Shown piece after piece: positions 58,253-64,000 of a DNA stretch of 64,000 bases; position 1 is the first letter of the stretch; the number at the start of each line of letters is the position of its first letter. The stretch is from the NCBI RefSeq assembly GCF_009914755.1, contig NC_060941.1. One strand, given 5' to 3'. The notes below the pieces were generated by a model. It saw only the letters and a list, made by a program, of their open reading frames with translations, ran no database searches and was not told the DNA's origin. The stretch comes from the human T2T-CHM13v2.0 reference genome, Homo sapiens. A program made the position numbers and the translations under genes.

Positions 58253-58380
58253 GCTATGCTGGCCGCACAGAGCTTCCCGAAAATCTTAAATCCATGTTCC
58301 GCCCAATTGCCATGGTGGTGCCTGACTCCACCCTCATTGCAGAAATCATTCTCTTTGGAGAGGGCTTTGGCAACTGCAAG
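58253..58380 (+). CDS. DNAH2: DNAH2 exon w37 (128 nt) [13 protein letters not shown]...GFGNCK
   Basis: ttccag|GC...AAG|gtactc. Confidence 0.96.
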
Positions 58381-58725
58381 GTACTCCAATAACCCCTTTT
58401 CTCCAGTGATTTTAATTTCCTTTCATAATTATTCCCTGGACAGAGGAGCTCCCCAAGGGCCTCACAATCAGCTTATCCTCTAAGGAACTTAGACTATTGT
58501 CAGTAGGATGTGTGGGGAGAAAAATTTAGGGGAGGGAGGTGTCTCCTCCGTGATATCACTAACTGACAATGGCGTCATTCACACAATTTCCTCAGGAGAA
58601 TCCATAGAGTGCCTCCTAGCTGCTTCATGTCCTGGGACCTGGCTTCTTGTCTCTGACTGTCCTGAGATGAAGCAGAGGGATTTGTGGGGAGATGGACTGT
58701 TTCCTCCTCTGTTTTGGTTCCCCAG

Positions 58726-58878
58726 ATTCTGGCCAAGAAGGTGTACACACTCTACTCACTGGCTGTGCAGCAGCTGTCCAGACAGGACCACTATGACTTT
58801 GGCCTGCGTGCCCTCACCTCCCTTCTGCGCTATGCTGGCAAGAAGCGCCGCCTACAGCCGGATCTGACTGATGAAGAG
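58726..58878 (+). CDS. DNAH2: DNAH2 exon w38 (153 nt) ILAKKV...HYDFGLRAL...LTDEE
   Basis: ccccag|ATT...GAG|gtagag; HYDFGLR motif. Confidence 0.96.
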
Positions 58879-59137
58879 GTAGAGCAAGGACACAGCCTTT
58901 GGACCTGACTTCCACTGTCACTGGACCTATGTCACTTCTCTCAAGTCTTTCAGACCCTTTCTTTCCTCAGATTGGGATTCTCACCTTCCCACCTCGTCCC
59001 ATCCCCGTGTTGCCCGCTGCTTTGCTAATGGCTAACTGGTGTATCCATTGTTCTTGGCACGTGCCCCGAAGCCCTTTGGAGGTGAAAGGCCTAGGCCCTG
59101 CCTCCTCAAGCCTGAGTCTCTGTCTTTTCCCATTCAG

Positions 59138-59263
59138 GTTCTGCTGCTCTCAATGAGAGATATGAACATCGCCAAGCTCACTTCAGTTGATGCACCCCTG
59201 TTCAATGCCATCGTGCAAGATCTGTTTCCCAACATTGAGCTGCCTGTCATTGACTATGGCAAG
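59138..59263 (+). CDS. DNAH2: DNAH2 exon w39 (126 nt) [14 protein letters not shown]...DLFP...IDYGK
   Basis: attcag|GTT...AAG|gtattt. Confidence 0.95.
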
Positions 59264-59999
59264 GTATTTGTTCCTTAATACTCTCCCTGACCGGGTGCTG
59301 TGGCTCATGGTTGTAATCCCAGCACTTTGGGAGGCCGAGGTGGGCAGACTGTTTGAGTCCAGGAGTTTGAGACTAGCCTGGGCAACATGGTGAAACCCTG
59401 TATCTACAAAAAGTACAAAAATTAGCCAGGCATGGTGGTGCACACGAGTGTAGTCCCAGCTACTCGGGAGGCTGAGGTAGGAGGATTGCTTGAGCCCCAG
59501 GAGATTGAGGCTATAATGAGCTGAGATTGTGCCTCTGCACTCCAGCCTGGGTGACAGAGCAAGACCGTGTCTCAAAAAACAAAACAAAAACAAAAAAACC
59601 GCACTCTCCCTGACCACATATGTGAATATGCATCTGGGAATAGAAAACTTGGCTTCCAGTCCTTGTTCTGCCATCTACTAGCTATGACTCTGAACAAGTC
59701 AATTGACCTCTCTTTGGACTTCCTTATCTATAAAGCAATAGACTATTCAAACATTCTGCTCTCTGACCACAACTCCCTCCTCCGCTGACCTACTCAAGTG
59801 TACCTGCTCAAGTGCATCCATGCAGCAACGCTCTGACTTCATTGAAACCTCTAGTCCGTTGCCTTTGCACTTTCTCCGTGCCCATCAGTCCTCCATGCCT
59901 CTACTTCTCACCTCATCAGGGAGTTTTGAGGAGGGGCTGCTAGAAGCCATTTGGTATCAGAGAGCAGCAGAATGGAAGAGGGAGTTTTAGAAAGCATAA

Positions 60000-63323
<3,324 letters not shown>

Positions 63324-64000
63324 TAGCTGGGACTATAGGCACACGCCACCACACCCGGCTAATTTTTTGTATTTTTAGTAGAGACGGGGTTTCGCCATGT
63401 TGGCCAGGCTGGTCTCGAACTCCTGACCTCAGGCGATCTGTCCGCCTCAGCCTCCCAAAGAGTTGGGATTACAGACGTGAGCCACCGCGCCTGGCTGAGA
63501 ATATTTTTTAACTGAATAAGTAGAAAATGTGACATTAAACTTGTTTAGGACACTAAACACATGTGCACACAGAAAACATACTAATAAAACTACTTCTCAG
63601 ATAGTGGAAGGAAGTGGAATTAGTGAGGCCTGTTAGTGCAAGTAACTATCTTGTATCTATTTGAAAATATTTGGCTACATGAGCTGTGTGTTTAAAAATG
63701 GCACACTATTCTGGGGCCCATCTGTTAGGTCATGGTTCTTCAAGCATTACTTTTTAACTTAGGTAATAATGTCTTTACTATTAAACGGGCTCTTCCACCA
63801 AACTGTGAGCTCTGCAATAGGACGAAATCTATTTTGTTCCAAGCCGTATCTGTGGCAACCAGCACAGTGCTTGGCATACATTGTACAGGCTTAATAAATA
63901 TTTGCTGAATAATAACAAAAAGTGTGTAGAGCTACATGTAAGACACTGTGTCAATGAGGAAACTGAGGCGTGGAGAAGTAACTTACCCAGGAACACATAG

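Overview
Human (primate) genomic DNA, very Alu-rich, lying entirely inside DNAH2 (axonemal inner-arm dynein heavy chain, I1/f-beta type; 17p13.1 from recall) on the + strand. I traced 39 GT-AG coding exons (called w1-w39; 1755-59263) whose phases join into one open frame. They run from the N-terminal tail (DHC_N1) through the tail/linker (DHC_N2) into AAA1 (Walker A GPAGTGKT, Walker [17 protein letters not shown]). The start codon lies upstream and the rest of the motor downstream. Introns hold dozens of Alus, old L1/L2/MIR fragments, an MLT1 LTR, MER44, MER3, MADE1 and MER102 elements, a processed RPL29 pseudogene with TSDs, a degenerate U6 retrocopy followed by L1, a fragmented hAT/Charlie-like transposase fossil and a 4x40-bp VNTR next to an acceptor. 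The most interesting cluster is 15-22 kb: a frame-coupled cassette exon pair with an inverted Alu pair around one exon, an exon starting with a latent donor (AG|GTATGT), an intragenic CpG-rich region, and a weak donor whose read-through gives a motor-less isoform with a hydrophobic/Alu tail, followed by a CTCF-like motif. No prokaryote-type system is present. Repeat boundaries and family names are by eye and approximate.
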